A stretch of 63,795 nt of DNA, the filler included, from Folioceros fuciformis (taxonomy: Eukaryota), in the NCBI GenBank assembly GCA_049999805.1. It is 5 parts of 4 records of this genome, joined end to end, with 100 filler letters (N's around TTAATTAATTAA, not from the genome) between each part and the next. Parts side by side here need not be neighbours in the genome. Positions count along the whole stretch, not along the records: positions 45,062 to 62,321 come from JBNGIO010006139.1; positions 62,422 to 63,795 come from JBNGIO010006200.1; 3 more parts are not named here. The stretch is one strand, 5' to 3'. Below, one piece after another: positions 49,101 to 62,499 of this stretch. The position numbers and the translations under genes were made by a program. Under the pieces are notes generated by a model. The model did no database searches. It saw only the letters and a program-made list of their open reading frames with translations, and was not told the DNA's origin. Within the stretch, counting starts at the first letter, position 1, and each line of letters opens with the position of its first letter.

Positions 49101-49520
49101 CTTCCAGAACGTCGGGTCCTCCATTCCTCCAGCTGGTGCTTCCCGCTCAATCCTCTTGGCTCAAGTCGCTCTTCGAGAACGTCGGGTCCTCGAGAACGTC
49201 GGGTCCTCCATTCCTCCAGCTGCTGCTCCCCTGCTCAGTCCTCTTGGCTCGAGTCGCTCTTCGAGAACGTCGAGTCCTCCATTCCTCCAGCTGCTGCTCC
49301 CCTGCTCAGTCCTCCTGGCTCGAGTCGCTCTTCCAGAACGTCTGTTCATAGGCGTCCTCCTGGCTCGAGTCGCTCTTCCAGAACGTTTGTTCATAGGCGT
49401 CCTCCTGGCTCGAGTCGCTCTTCCAGAACGTCTGTTCATGGCGTCCTCCTGGCTCGAGTCGCTCTTCCAGAACGTCGGTTCATAGGCGCCTCCAATACCA
49501 CTACCACTTCTTCAGCTACC
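46166..49520 (-). mobile_element. Second, diverged copy of the 3' region of the gypsy family seen at 31188-33200
   Basis: 47880-48870 aligns by eye with 31915-32950 (ggcttccgcaaggttcgaatgtcgggctg vs ggctttcgcaaggtcggaatgtcgggctg; gataggttcccactcaacccactgct vs gacaggctcccgctcaacccactact), with the same C-rich/G-poor flank. Confidence 0.75.
48900..49485. repeat. Compound minisatellite (~69-bp and 45-bp units sharing the core ggctcgagtcgctcttccagaacgt)
   Basis: The core recurs about 7 times, together with shorter gtcctccattcctcca units. Confidence 0.85.
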
Positions 49521-50169
49521 GGGTCGGAGCTTCCTTACCCATGCCCTGCTGGGAGTGCCCGGAAATCATGGTAGCCCACGCCACCACGTCCTTCTCAACG
49601 AGTTTGACGTCTCCCAGGCTGCCACACTTCCCACACACATCCACCAAGTAATTACAAACAAACAAATCGCGCTCAAACTCACTGGCCCACATCTCAGCAT
49701 GCAGCTCCTGGACAGCCATCAAATCTTCTCCCTTTGCACCAGCCTGGAGGGCAGCCACGAAAACATGGCTATCGGGCTCCACACCCAACCCGCGCATCCG
49801 ACGATACAGCTCTACATCATGCCTGTGCAGTCCCCGTTTCACATGCGCAGTATTTGTGGAAGATCAGATGAAGGTATCTGGACTGGCAACAACGGTGAAC
49901 ACATCGTGAGCAGCATACAGTCGAAGAAGATGGTTGCCCAGGAAAGTGTCCGACTGGTCCCCCTTCTGAACCGTAAAAGCATGCACACGTCGCCCTAGAA
50001 AAAGATCCCTCTGTGTCACACACCCCCTGATCACCGTATACAGGAGAGACTTGGAAACGTGCCACCCTAATTGCACCAGAATTCCCAAGGCCTCAACAGC
50101 CACCTTGAGGCGGCCCTCCTGACACAGCTTACTCACCATTTCAGGCATCACAGACGTGCGGGGCACCAT
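49516..50169 (-). pseudogene. PLS-class PPR gene fragment
   Basis: LCQEGRLKVAVEAL, GRRVHA, DTFLGNHLLRLY, GVEPDSHVFVAALQA, DLFVCNYLVDVCGKCGSL, KDVVAWATMISG. In-frame stop at 49864, apparent internal deletions, and a 3' end that runs into retroelement sequence. Confidence 0.82.
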
Positions 50170-50614
50170 TAGTGGTGTCTGACTTGTTATATGTGCGAAC
50201 TCTCTGTTTCCTGTTAACTTTAGACCTTTGTGAAGCATCACTCTTACATTTCACGGATACCGGGCCCGTATAAGTCTTTAGGAAGAGCTTCACATCAAAC
50301 CTTCATTTCACGGATACCCGTATAGCGATTTAGGAAGAGCTTCACATCGAAGCTTGGCACCTGGAGGGGCGTTGGGTTGAGGAGAGATGGAACATTGAGG
50401 CTCAAAAAGGAGAGATGAGCATTGGGGACGAGATTGGCGACGAAAATATTGAATGCCCTTTCTTGTATGAAAGGGCTAATGCTTTGGAGTTGAATAGGTT
50501 GGGCAAAGTCTGTCTTCAGACCATAGCTTCCAAGTATGGAGTTGGTGATGCACAGTTGTGGAATATAGCCGCAGGCAGGGGGACAGGTGAGTCCAGTACC
50601 ACGGCCTTCCCGGC

Positions 50615-50732
50615 AGGACAGAGCCAGTGAAGCTGTGGGAGTTAGGACAGAGCCAGGGAGAGAAGCTGTGGGAGTTNNNNNNNNNNGCTGTGGGAGTTAG
50701 GACAGAGCCAGGGAGAGAAGCTGTGGGAGTTA
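50615..50732. repeat. Tandem repeat, ~33-bp unit ggacagagccagggagagaagctgtgggagtta
   Basis: At least 3 copies around a short N gap. Confidence 0.8.
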
Positions 50733-53700
50733 GAACCGATCAGGACAAGGGTGATGGCGGGAACTCGAGGAAAGAGCAGGTTGAAAGGGCGGTCGCCAGG
50801 CTCAAGCTCAAGCGAATGACGAAGAGACCATGACGTTCAGGGTTCCTTTCGGATTCAGTACTACCTAGGTACGCAGTCAGCATCAGTTCTGCTTCCTTAC
50901 GCTGCTTACTCCATCTTGCATTTGCGTGTGCGGTACAGGTGCAGTTTGTTGGAGGAGCTGAATTTTCGGTGCAACTTGCGTGGAAGGATGGATGAATATT
51001 TTAGGGTTTTGTTCGTCAATGCTGGTCCTGACGGGGGCTGTGTCATGAATGTAGGGCAAGTACTGTATGAGACAGACCGCAATCAGTCTGCTGTCAAACT
51101 CACGACAAGGCGGACACCGAGGCAGTGTATGAACTGGGGAGGAGTGAAGTAACAACCTCCCATCTCAGAACTTAGATTGGTGTGGTTTTGTTTTACAATT
51201 TCAGGGCTCTTACACCCTGTCATTTTGATGCGCTGGTTCGTTTTGTTCACATAAACATGTTATACTGTTGTTGTTGTTGTTTCAGGTGGTTTCAAGTGCC
51301 CTCGGCCTGCTGATACAAATCATGTCGGCTGCAAATTTATGTTGAGTACAAGTCGGGAAATGCACAGACAGCACAGGTTTGGATCATTTTCCAAGTTTGT
51401 TTTGGTTATGAGGACTGAGAATGTCCAAGTGTTCTCTTATGTCGTTGGCCCTTTGATTTTCAGAGCTATGCCTTGGGTGGGTGTTGGAGCAGAGAAATGA
51501 AGACTTCCAGGAAATAGTTTTTTAAAGTTAGGTACAGTTATTTACGTTTATAGCTCCAACTCTGGGGTCAGCTGACCTGCAGTCGGATCTGGGTTCCAAA
51601 TTTTTGCTGGCAGTTTCCGTATCTACTTTTTCCATGCATGGTTTGCCACGCTGGAATGACGCTGGCAAAATCCTCAAGCACCAGATTTGGCAACTCCAAT
51701 TTCAATAGTTCACATCTGTGTCTCTTCGTTTTTATCCACTTCAGGTCTGTGCAGATGCTTCGGGATAGCCGTAGGAGCCCATGAATCCTCCGTGTTCAGC
51801 TTGCATCGCGTATTTGAATGTCTGAACGAACCGGGTACAGTGAGTCAGCATAGTGAGTCGAGCCCCCTACACATCCATCGAGATCCCTGAATTCCAACGC
51901 GGGTGGACATGTTACCTTGTTTTCTGAACTAACAGATAACATTCTGGGTTTCAAAGGGGATATGCGTTGTATGTGCTGCCGTTGTCGCTCTCTGAAGCGC
52001 AGAGCTTGGAACCATTTTCGGGTTGAGCAGACTTCGTGTTTGCAGGTGCGCCGAGGGGGAATCTCTGGCTCCCAGATGGTCTTGCTCAGCCACCCACCCC
52101 AATACATCTGATGCCCACATGGTATTCAGCGGCAAATGGCAAGATGATGACTAAGGTTTGGAACTCCTTCATGCTCTGTTGTCGGAGCATCCTTGAAATC
52201 GGCAATGACAATAACTTACTGTAGCCTTTTTACATATCCTGTTCCCACTGTTGCTGCTGTGTTGGCCTCCCGCCTCTCACCTAGGTGCCCACTCAGCGCG
52301 CAGCCAGCCTCGGAGGAGGTGTCAGTTAGGCCCTAGTGATGATAAGATCTGACAACGTGACATGGAGAGCTTCCGTCTGGCCTTTCTTCCTTGTTCTGCG
52401 TGGACCAGGCCTAGCACGAAGGCCAAGGAAGGGGATGCAAGTCAGGCGAACAGACCGTAGTTCATTGCAAAGGAGTGGACGGCAACAACCCCCTTGTGAT
52501 CCGCATGGTGCCTTGTCTGACCATCCCTGGGGAACTGGTGTGGCGGCTACAACCCAGCGGCACCGGGGCGAGAGAGGTAATCTCAAGCTGGCATTATTCA
52601 TACATACAGATGTAGAGTATATGAGTATGTATGTGACTGAGTATGTGTATGTGGGTCTGTGCCCACAGTGAGTGGGTGTGCGTTGAAGCTGCTCCCCAGC
52701 TGCGGAGGCTGCTGTGTACAAAGCAGTTTGAATGTGTGATCCTTGGAAACAGCATCACATGTGCGTCCAGGGCATGATTGCCTTGGTGGGGCAAAGGCCT
52801 AACCCTACAGCCACGCTCGTTAATGCACCATTTGTACACACTGGTGCTGATCTAATGGGGAAGGTGGGTGTTGTTGACTTTGCAGCGAGACAGAGTGTTG
52901 TGGTACGACGAGCAAGACTTTTGTGGCGGGAGGTTGCTTGCCGGGTCCTGCAGTGTCTACAGATTCTACGTGTATGCAACCTAGGGTTGCCGTGACGGTC
53001 TTGTGCTTGTTTCAATCGAAGCCCGGTTATACTAACATGTACCCACATAGACTTACACCCCTTGCAATGGACACATGAATTTTACTGGCACCTTCCCTGG
53101 TTGTGGACTGATGACTTGATCAGTGGTGTGAGGACGGTGTTTGCAGCAGGCATCATGACCCGGTATGAGCGGTGAAACGAGGGTGTCCTGTTGGCGACAG
53201 AGATCAAGGTCTGCTGTACAGTTTGTTAAAGAATCCATTTAGGTCGGAAGGAAGCGATGGTGGGGCATGTACTATACTGGAGGCAGGCCAGGCAAGTGGG
53301 CCCCGAGCCCTCATGATGCAACATGAGTCTACGATCTGTGGGGGAGCTCGGTGCCGGAGGACGATGTCAGAAGGACCGCAACTTCCAAGGTGAGAGTGTG
53401 TTGGTACAACACTCCCCACCCACGTAGGCGAAGATTTGTACCCTGAGTATCTGTAGAAGGAGTCCATGCATAATGGCCGCGGCAGCAGCATCGGCAGGAG
53501 GAGTATGAGAGGAGTGACGCAGATGGAGACGGGGTGCGGGAACTCCGCACAAGTCCATACTACTAAGCAGTAAGCTGGCAGTTGTGGGTATGCCCTTCAA
53601 CACATGGACCAAGGGGAAGTGGAAGCTCCAAGATCTTGTGCCCAGGCGCCATGTTGCCAACTAACCTGGAGCGGAGTGAACGAGTGACCCGGAACAGGCT

Positions 53701-56700
53701 GCAGGCTCTGCAAGTCTTGGCCGCCCTCGAATCCTGCGACTCGCCACGGAGGTACAACGCTGGGCACCCCCACTCATGTCCCCACTCAACTCCACTCATG
53801 ACCGGGCAAAGCTCAGATTCCGTAGGAATAACAACCCGTTGTGGAATAAACAATGGGCATGTCAGGCCAGTGGCCGGGAACACGACAAGCATGCGGGCAA
53901 GGCGAGGGTAGGAAGAAAATCTCAACTAAGATCCCACCTAAGATCAGGTTATTACTCATTCACGCAGCGGGAAAGGGCACAGGCCGATTGCCCATGGGAC
54001 CATGGCTGACATGGAAGGAGCTCGGGCAAGGACTTGTTATTGTTATTGCAGGCAGCCATGTTCGTGTTTGACGTCATGCGTGGATCTGTGGGAGGCAGTT
54101 GCGGGCAGAGGAATCCCGGAAGATCACTTATTGGCTGCACACGGCACTGGGCTCCAGTGCTGTGCTGCTGCACACTTTGTATCTGACGTGGAACTCTCTT
54201 CTCTCTGGTCCAAAGAAGGGAGAGCCAAGGTGGGTGAGTAAAAGGTTACAGGTTTGGTGTGGTTTGTTTTGGTTTTGGGTCCCATAATAATGATGCTCCT
54301 CGCTCGCTCGCTCCCTCGCGTTTATGGCAGGCCTGCCAGGGGAATCATGGCCTCCCGCCGAATGATGGCTCCGTCTCTTCCAATCTTCATGCGCCATTCG
54401 CCACTGCCAGCCCATCCAGCAGGGCCGGGGCGCCGGGGGTACCGGGGCTCGCCGTTCCAGGTATGTGGCATGTCCATGCACAGTTCTTGTACTGTAACCA
54501 AGACTCTGGATCTATCCACCCATGTCTGGAGTATGGAGCAGCGGAACGGCTTCCTCTTCCCTTTCCTCTCCATAGATACATGGAGGCAGTATCTATGGCA
54601 TCCCTCCAGTGCCCACCAGTCAGTCAGTCAGTCAGTCTACCCTTGTTCCAACTTCCTCGGCTGGTGGCCAGGGCTACGGGGCTCGGGCTAAAGGGAACTT
54701 GGACGGCAGTGGGAGCCGTGGCACTGGACAAGGCTCAACATTCCTGTTGCAGCCAGCAGGGGTCCGGGAGGAGGAGGAGGAGGAGGAGGGAGGAAGTAGG
54801 GGTGGGCTGCTGCCCATTGGCTGGCAACTGACTTGTTGGAATTCACCTCTGCAAGTTGCAATTTGCTGCAAGCTGTGCGATGTGCTGGGGTCGCTGGCAC
54901 CGCCTGCTTGCTTGCCAAGGCCGCCGTCCCCTCTTGCACGGCTGGTTACGTGAAGCCTAGGCCAGCAACGTTCCGGCCCCGGCTGCCCACTTTGTTATAA
55001 GGGGGCGGGGGCCAGGCGACAGGGCCCAGGACAAGGACCGATGTGCCCGTCTGGGACATCCAACACCAGACCGATTTCTGCCCAGGCAGAACATATTGTC
55101 GCCTTTTCGGCGTTGATATATTATAAGGCCTTGGCACTGGCTGGCAAGAACGCCATGGAAGTGGATGGTTGCCAGTGCAGGCATAGGGATTGGAATGGGA
55201 AATGGAATTGGAAGTGGAACGGGGAATTGAATCGGAAATGGAACGGGAATTGTTGATGCTAATCGTACTCTTGAGACTCACGGTGAGCCAGAGGTGAAAC
55301 CGGGCTGCTACGATATGCTGGGATCTCCCGAGGTACGGATCACGGCGTAAACTTGTTTCTTTATGCTGATTATATCGACTGCAAGTACAAGGGCGGCCAC
55401 GCCATGTGTAAGCTAGCCTGAGAAACTTTGACCCCCGGGAATCTCCACTGCCGCTGTGTGCTCGGTGCACACTGCTCTTCTGCTTCTCTGTGCACTGTTC
55501 CATACATCCTCTCGCACATGGTTGCTTCCTCAGCTGTCATAAAAAGAGGAGGAAGCCTGGAACGGGGGACGACAGGACAGGAGAGATGCAGGGGGCCCAG
55601 CTTTCCCAGGGGAAGAAAAAACCCAGCTCTGCACAGTCTAGCTTGGCAGGCCCTGGTCTCGGCGGTGAAGCCGTGTAAGTAAATGGAATGATGGGGCCTG
55701 GAGGTGCTCGGATCTGATCTCCTGTGATGTGGCATGAGAGAGAGAAGGAGCAAATGGGGAGGAAGCAGGGTGGTAAGAGCTCTCCCCGGCAGCGAGTGCG
55801 ACTCGATGCCGGGGAACAAAGCACCGCACTGCGATGCTCATCTATGCCCGCATATTGAATTCCCGGGGTCATCACCGGGGCATGTGGGCAATGTGGCCCC
55901 CCAGGTCCCCCCAACATTCATGCGTTTGGAATTTGTGCTTTTGCGGCCATGTAGGCGCCTGGGGCCTGCGGCAAGCCGGATACCCGCCCTCTCTGCCCGG
56001 GCTCCCTCCTTATGACACGCATACACTCCAGTACATGCACGCACTTCTTTACACGGTATCTGCTTCTGCCTTTGCAGGGCCGACTGGCAGAGCATAATTC
56101 GAACTTTCGGATTATGCGGCACCTAATCCCAACAGACCATAGGCACACGCGGAGATATGTTTTCGGGCTTGTCACTTGAGGATGTGCCTTGGTTGCTGCT
56201 TTCCGGTGCTCGCATGTGAAACTGTCTTTTTCTCCCTTCTACACCCTTTGCTGCATCATTTTTCTGAGGCAGCTGCAAGCTTTGCAGGGAATGTATCTGG
56301 TGCAGGTGGTTGTGCGTCACTCATGGGTGCATCATCATTCGCCGGCAACTGAATACAGACGTTGCGTCTTTCTTCCTTGCTTCCGTGCTTCCCTCCATCC
56401 CTACTTCCCTCCTTTCTTCCTTCTCGGCTGCAACTGTTGCGTCTCTCCCTGCTGCTGCTGTTGTGCCGGTGCCTTGCAGCATTTATGGGTTTGCTTTCAT
56501 TGACTCGGGTCCAACGATACCCCACCTCCCAACTCCACAGCCGTGTCATGTGCCAGCAGACCGATGCCCCGTCCCCCGAAAAGGCCGTCCCGTTCAGTTG
56601 CGACAGCACCCGGGGATGGGATCCCCTACCGACAAAGGAGGGAGGAGGGTACGGGGGCCCGCCCAATCAGCCAGGAGGCGACGACGGGGTCTTGGCCGCC

Positions 56701-57988
56701 ACTCTCATCACTCTTCTTCGCTTTCCTTTCCCTATTGCTTCCTAATTGTTGACGGATGCAGTAATGCTGTACCCGGCAACACTTAGGTGGAGTGTGGGTT
56801 AAGTGGCTGGAGACGGCCTGACACCCTGCCTGGACAGCCTCCGCCTGCATGGAAGCCAATGTGCGATGAGAGAAGATTGTACATGCCAGCCATAGCCCAT
56901 GAACATGCTGTACTTTCCACCCGCACCCAGCGCCGCCCCTGCCACCTCGCCTTGTTTCTTGTTTTTCCAAGACGTCCGTCCCTGATCTGTCATCAGCTCC
57001 CAGATCCGCTCTATCCTTTCTCCACTGTTCCAAGCTCCGGCCCTCACCGCCCCATCGGATCTATTTTATCGTCATCCATCCTTGAAAAGCATTTTATCAC
57101 GTCGTCCCAATCACCTCCGTGGTACACCACACCCTTGCATACTACCTCCCTCTGCCAGGCTTGGGGCCTTCGTGCCTGGCCCGTGCCAGCTGCTGCATCC
57201 TTCTTCCTACCTTTCTTCACACATTCTCTCGGTTTCCAAAGAACATTGTCAGGTGCTATTTTCGAGATGCAGGGAAGTCTTCTTTGCCACCGAATGTAAG
57301 ACAAAGCTTCTTCTACAGCGACAGCACCCAATGCACGAAACCTTCCTCTCCAAAGGATAGACCTTCCATGTACCCCGCCACGTTTGACAAGGTATGCGGG
57401 ATGTAAAGCTTCCAACGAACGTGGCGGGCTGGATTTTCTGGATCACACGAATAAAAAGAGCTGGTAACGACTCGTGTACACTCCATATTCTCAAGTTTCA
57501 CCAGCAATTTAAAAGTACGTTATTCGTTCACATACCCTGTTGTTTTTTTAAGAAGCTTCCGGCCTTCTTTCACTCACTATATTCTTCCATACATGGGATG
57601 GGCCTCTTTATTTACAAACATGAAAATCCAAAAGGGTAGAAGAATTCTATTATAAGTACGTGCAGGAACGTGGTTGCAACATGGTTCTTATTGGTTCAAA
57701 ATTCATTGGCAAAATAGAATTCACATGTTTTAATAATATGATAGGGACTACTCAATGTAACCAGCCATCTTCCTCTTTTGCAAGCAAATGTTAGTTTGGT
57801 CTTGCTGAAACTAGCAAATCACCTCTCTCACCATATTTATGGAGGTTGCCCGAGAGACCATTTAGCTGTTGCTGCGACAAGGAAGATCAAGGTCTCTTTC
57901 TTTGGAATTTGAAGATAGCTTAGGTTTACTCTTCCTTAATGTATAGGTAGGAATTGGAAGGGAGGAAAGCCTTTGCAAACAAACCCTT

Positions 57989-58240
57989 TTGTCTCAAAGT
58001 ACCGTGGTCTACCCCCAACAGTGCCCCAAAACTACGCTATGGTCCACCTCCAACATTACCCCGAATCTACAAGCTACAATTTGGATGTTTGTCAAGCTTG
58101 TTTACAGAATGCTAATCTATGACATGAGTCTTGATTCTAGTACCTCCCACATGTGTCAACACTCATTTTCCCATTGTCAGAATGCAAGAAATATGTGGAG
58201 CATGGTAAAAAAGTGGTTCAAGGTCTATTCCTTGCTATGA
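57989..58240 (+). mobile_element. Probable decayed LINE 3' remnant (zf-RVT-like)
   Basis: LWSTSNITPNLQATIWM...HSFSHCQNARNMWSMV resembles the plant LINE pattern IW..k.PpKv..FlW...HLf..C..A..vW. Motif resemblance only. Confidence 0.4.
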
Positions 58241-61200
58241 TAGTCACCATTTATGAGCAAAAGGCCCCATATTTTGAATGTATACATTGTCATTGACAAG
58301 ATCAAGTAAACCTTTGCTTGACCATCAATGGTGAGGTTATGTTTAGAGTCTATCTCCTTATGGGCAAAATGGACAATAGTAGTTGATTTTGTAGGAAATG
58401 AGCCCTAGGCATTGAAAAGGCATTTGTGTGAAATGTGGGAGCAGATATTGGTTGCCACCATAGGTTTTCATGAAAGTTTTCCTAGTAGCTTCATGGGTGA
58501 CAATTGCCTCTGTGAAAGTAGAAAAAAGACTCTAAATCACTCTTTTACATGGATTAGATAAATAATCTCTTGTCCCATGTCATCTGAAAAAATGAGGAGG
58601 AACAAACTGAAGACGAACATAGGCCAAAAGGAAGATTAGGACTACTAGCTAGTGCAAGGATATCGTAATTTGAGATAACAAAAGGCCTACCTCCCACCGG
58701 TGTCAAAGAAGGTGCCAAACTTGCACTTGTTGTCATATATCAACCGCATTGGCAAGCACACATTGTAAAGTGATAAGCAAGCACTCTTTGAAAAGGGATA
58801 AGGAGATTTAGACACATGGTCCAAAGCAAGGAGATGCATTGTTGAAAGAAGGCTAATAACAAAGGAAGGATGAGATCTCATTCATGTGGTTGTGATTTGC
58901 TTTTGTGCACTCACTCCTTGATAAGCCTCAAAAAGTCTTACCCATGGCCCTATGGGCTTCAAGAGCAATGAGGATGAAAATATGGTTGTCCTGCTGCAAA
59001 TGAGAGTACTTGTGAACCTTACATGTTGTGCATGGCTCCATTGCCCAATAGGATTGATAATTATATGTTCAAAGATTCATTTACTATTAGGATCTGGGAC
59101 AACTATATTAGTATCACAATCTTACTTTCCCATGGCGAGCAACACCATTTCTGGTGATGCATTGTTCTCTACTGAGATAGTGTGCTTAATACAACTTGGA
59201 GTCGTAAATGGCAATCCCATAACTACATATAGGGAGAGAAAAAGGCAAAGAATGCATCAACCCCAAGCGGAATCTCATTTGTGCTCGCAAAAGATGTTGA
59301 TTTTGTTTAGAACATTGAAATGCAAGGTTGATGTTGTTTAGAACATTGAAATGCAAGGCTAACTAGACGACCTTTCGCCCTTTCTGAAATAAGAGAGGAT
59401 ACGAGCCCGAGAGAACTTGAGGATGGATGAGTCCAAGAGGAGGCATGTATGTGCGTGAGCATATTTCTCTTGTTGAAAAGAGGCATTAAGACCCCTCATA
59501 CCTCTCATGGAGAAAGAAGGGAATGGAGGCATGAACTCCTAAGCCTCCAAAGGTAAAGGAGTCCGTAGCTTCATGAAAGACACTTGCAAGAGAATAACCT
59601 CCTCCTTACAATACAAGATGAAGGCCTCATGAAGGGGAGAATCATGGATTGGAAATTTAAAGACCAAAGTTAGTGTTTAGTTGTGGGTCTAGTTGACAAG
59701 GAAGACTGCTAAGGCCAAGGCCTTTATGTGCAAACAAGTGCTCTTAAAGGTGATTGGCAAGGTTGCCTACTTTTGAGCTACATGACTAGTAGCACATTTA
59801 AAGGTGTTGAGACCTATGATGTTTCAAGCCCTTACATAACTTGGTTGTCAAAACTCATCATACTTGAAAGAAAAGCCAGAGATGGAGCAATAGTTCTAGT
59901 TAAGTAACTTAGCCAAGGCACAAAGTAAGAAGAAGAATGCCAAACACGATTTGAGGATCTATGGTCTAGGTGGAGAGGTTCTCAATGTCAACTAAGTCTT
60001 TTTCCAAGGTTACATCCAAAAACCCAAAGCAATAGTCCTAGTTAAGGAACCCAAAGCAATAGTCCTAGTTAAGGAACCCAAAGTAAGCTTCTCCAAAGTT
60101 AGTAGCTTTCTAGCCACAAGACATAAGAAATCCAATAGGAACCTCGCCCTTAGGCTACATTTACTGCTAATGTAAAACACTCTAAAAATGCACTTAAAGG
60201 TGTCTTTAGAGAAAACAAATTACGGTGAGGCTCCTAAACCTCTGAAGAAAAGTTGCAAGGTACTAGAGATAGCCTGACCAAAGTCCAACCTCTTGAAATA
60301 AAAAAAATGCTCCTTCACCATAAGCTTAAGAAGGTTATCATGAGGTGTTGGGTGGAAAGCTCAAAGTACAAGAAGACAAGCATCAAGGGCTTTTAGCATT
60401 TTCATCCTCTCAAACTATTAGTCAGAAAATTGTTTCTTTATAAATGTTTCATGCTTGGTCAAATTATAGCCATTCTTATTTAATTTTTAATATATGAAAA
60501 TACATCGTACAAAATCAACCCTAACCCTAAAAGCACATATTACGACCATAAAAATTGAAATCAAAGCTTCCAAATGGCTTAAGGTAAATGCACATGCATT
60601 TAAAAGAACATAATTGTTAACTTTGTCATGCTTCTATCAATATGCAAATATTGTGCCTTTAGGTGACTCACTTTATTGAGATAATAATTTTGGCACATGT
60701 AGGAGCTAGCTCCTTTATTCTTAGCCCTCCTTGGTTCATGGTACATCAATCTTTCTATCTCTTCCTCTTAATAAAATCTTTATCTCATCATAATAATTGA
60801 TATATATATATATATATAGTTTGGTAAATTATTATTTTTTGTTTTTTTTCCCCTTAATCCAATGTGTAAGGATCTTGGAAAAGGTTTAGATATAATTTAT
60901 GAATTTTTTTTTCATTTGGAAAATATTATAGTTAACATAAGTGGTTTCAAGCAAACTAGTTATAATACTGTAATTTCTTTTTTACTTTAATCTTAAAAGT
61001 TCCTTCTTTATTTTTCCCTACCTATTTGACATGTAATCTTAAAGTAATAAATAAAGTTCATACCCACGATATTACTCCAATTCAATTGATTAATAAGATA
61101 TTTACAAATATTTTGATATTAAAAAATTAGATATATTATTATTTATTTTTTTAAACACACATTTTATTTTGTTTATTTGTGTGGACGAATATCTTGGTCA

Positions 61201-62321
61201 TGGATTGATTGATGAAGGATTTACAAGAAAAGTAAACAATTCTTAAATTATGGCCAATAAAATTTGGCCATCATGATAGAACTTGTTTTTGAATAACTCT
61301 TAACAATAAAGCCCAGACTATGAGTAGCAAGGGCATAATTGCCTCTAGGTTGGCCATTTAAGAACCTATCTAAGGGTAAGATGTCTACAACACCAAGGAC
61401 TTAGACAATTCAAGAATGGTGTTATCCTACTATGTTAAAAGATGAAAAAATTCCATTGACAAGAATAGGGTTGTGTAAATCACATTGCATTTGCTGAAGT
61501 TCAATTTGTTCATGTCTTTGAAGCGTTCATGTAACCAACTTATCATCTATTCCTAGGGCATCTACTCTTTCAAGGTGTTGGTCTACTATATCAATACAAT
61601 TTAATCAACTTGATAGAGTGGTTAAGGAATCATATCAACTTAAGTATCTTATTTGAAAAGCCTAGTGAAACTTATGTTGTATCAAATTTCGTATCATCAA
61701 AATGACGGTAAGAAATGAGAACCTATCAAGAACCTTGGGGACAAGCACAACATAGAGGTGTATTCAAGTTGCAAGCTATCATTGGAAATGAATTAGAGGA
61801 ATTAGATTCTCTAAAGTATGTTGATGAGAAGCATAGAATAGCATATTATCTTGTAGAATGCACAACACATAGCCTTGTTGAACTGAACTCACATCATTCA
61901 CAATAAACATAACACTCAAGATATCAACTATACCTAAATCAACTAGGCACACGTGTTAGTATGATAGGATGCGTGGAACATCTATTTCAAAATGAGATTA
62001 TCTTGCCCAAATCAACTACAGCAAGGCAAACAAAAAAACCTTTGATGGGTGGAACCATGATGATGAAGTAACTAATAAACGGCAATGCATGATGTGAAGT
62101 AGATGTTCGTCAGCAAAAATTTTGAAATAGAACAATTGTGGTTAGCTAAGCTTGTTACGTTGTGGGCACATATTAGGCTCATGGGGTTCGAGTATGAGGA
62201 GTGTAGGGTGTGGATGTGTGAGTTGCATGTAGAGGTGGGTTTGATGGGTTCCGAGTGTGAGAGGTGATGGTTTGCGGGATATGGATTTGTGAGTTGCATG
62301 TATAGGTGGGTTTGATGGGTT

Positions 62322-62421
62322 NNNNNNNNNNNNNNNNNNNNNNNNNNNNNNNNNNNNNNNNNNNNTTAATTAATTAANNNNNNNNNNNNNNNNNNNNNNN
62401 NNNNNNNNNNNNNNNNNNNNN
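62322..62421. other. Artificial contig-join linker
   Basis: TTAATTAATTAA at 62366-62377 within Ns. Confidence 0.95.
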
Positions 62422-62499
62422 TCATGCTCAACAAGCAGCTACGTTTTAGGTCGAAGCAAGCAGCTACGTTTTAGGTCGAAGCTCAGGGATTGACAATCT

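Noticed and set aside
48900-50732. Repeat arrays considered as CRISPR-like
   Set aside because: No unique spacers and no cas genes; these are ordinary tandem repeats in eukaryotic DNA.
52700-54000. Faint resemblance to an ARF/B3 DNA-binding domain (WKQHH...VVVRRAR)
   Set aside because: Spacing and key motifs do not match, so no call can be supported.
59280-62485. Small tandem duplications (~31 bp at ~59297, 27 bp at ~60022, ~26 bp at ~62433), an (AT)n run and AT-rich DNA
   Set aside because: Ordinary slippage products in decayed intergenic or TE sequence.
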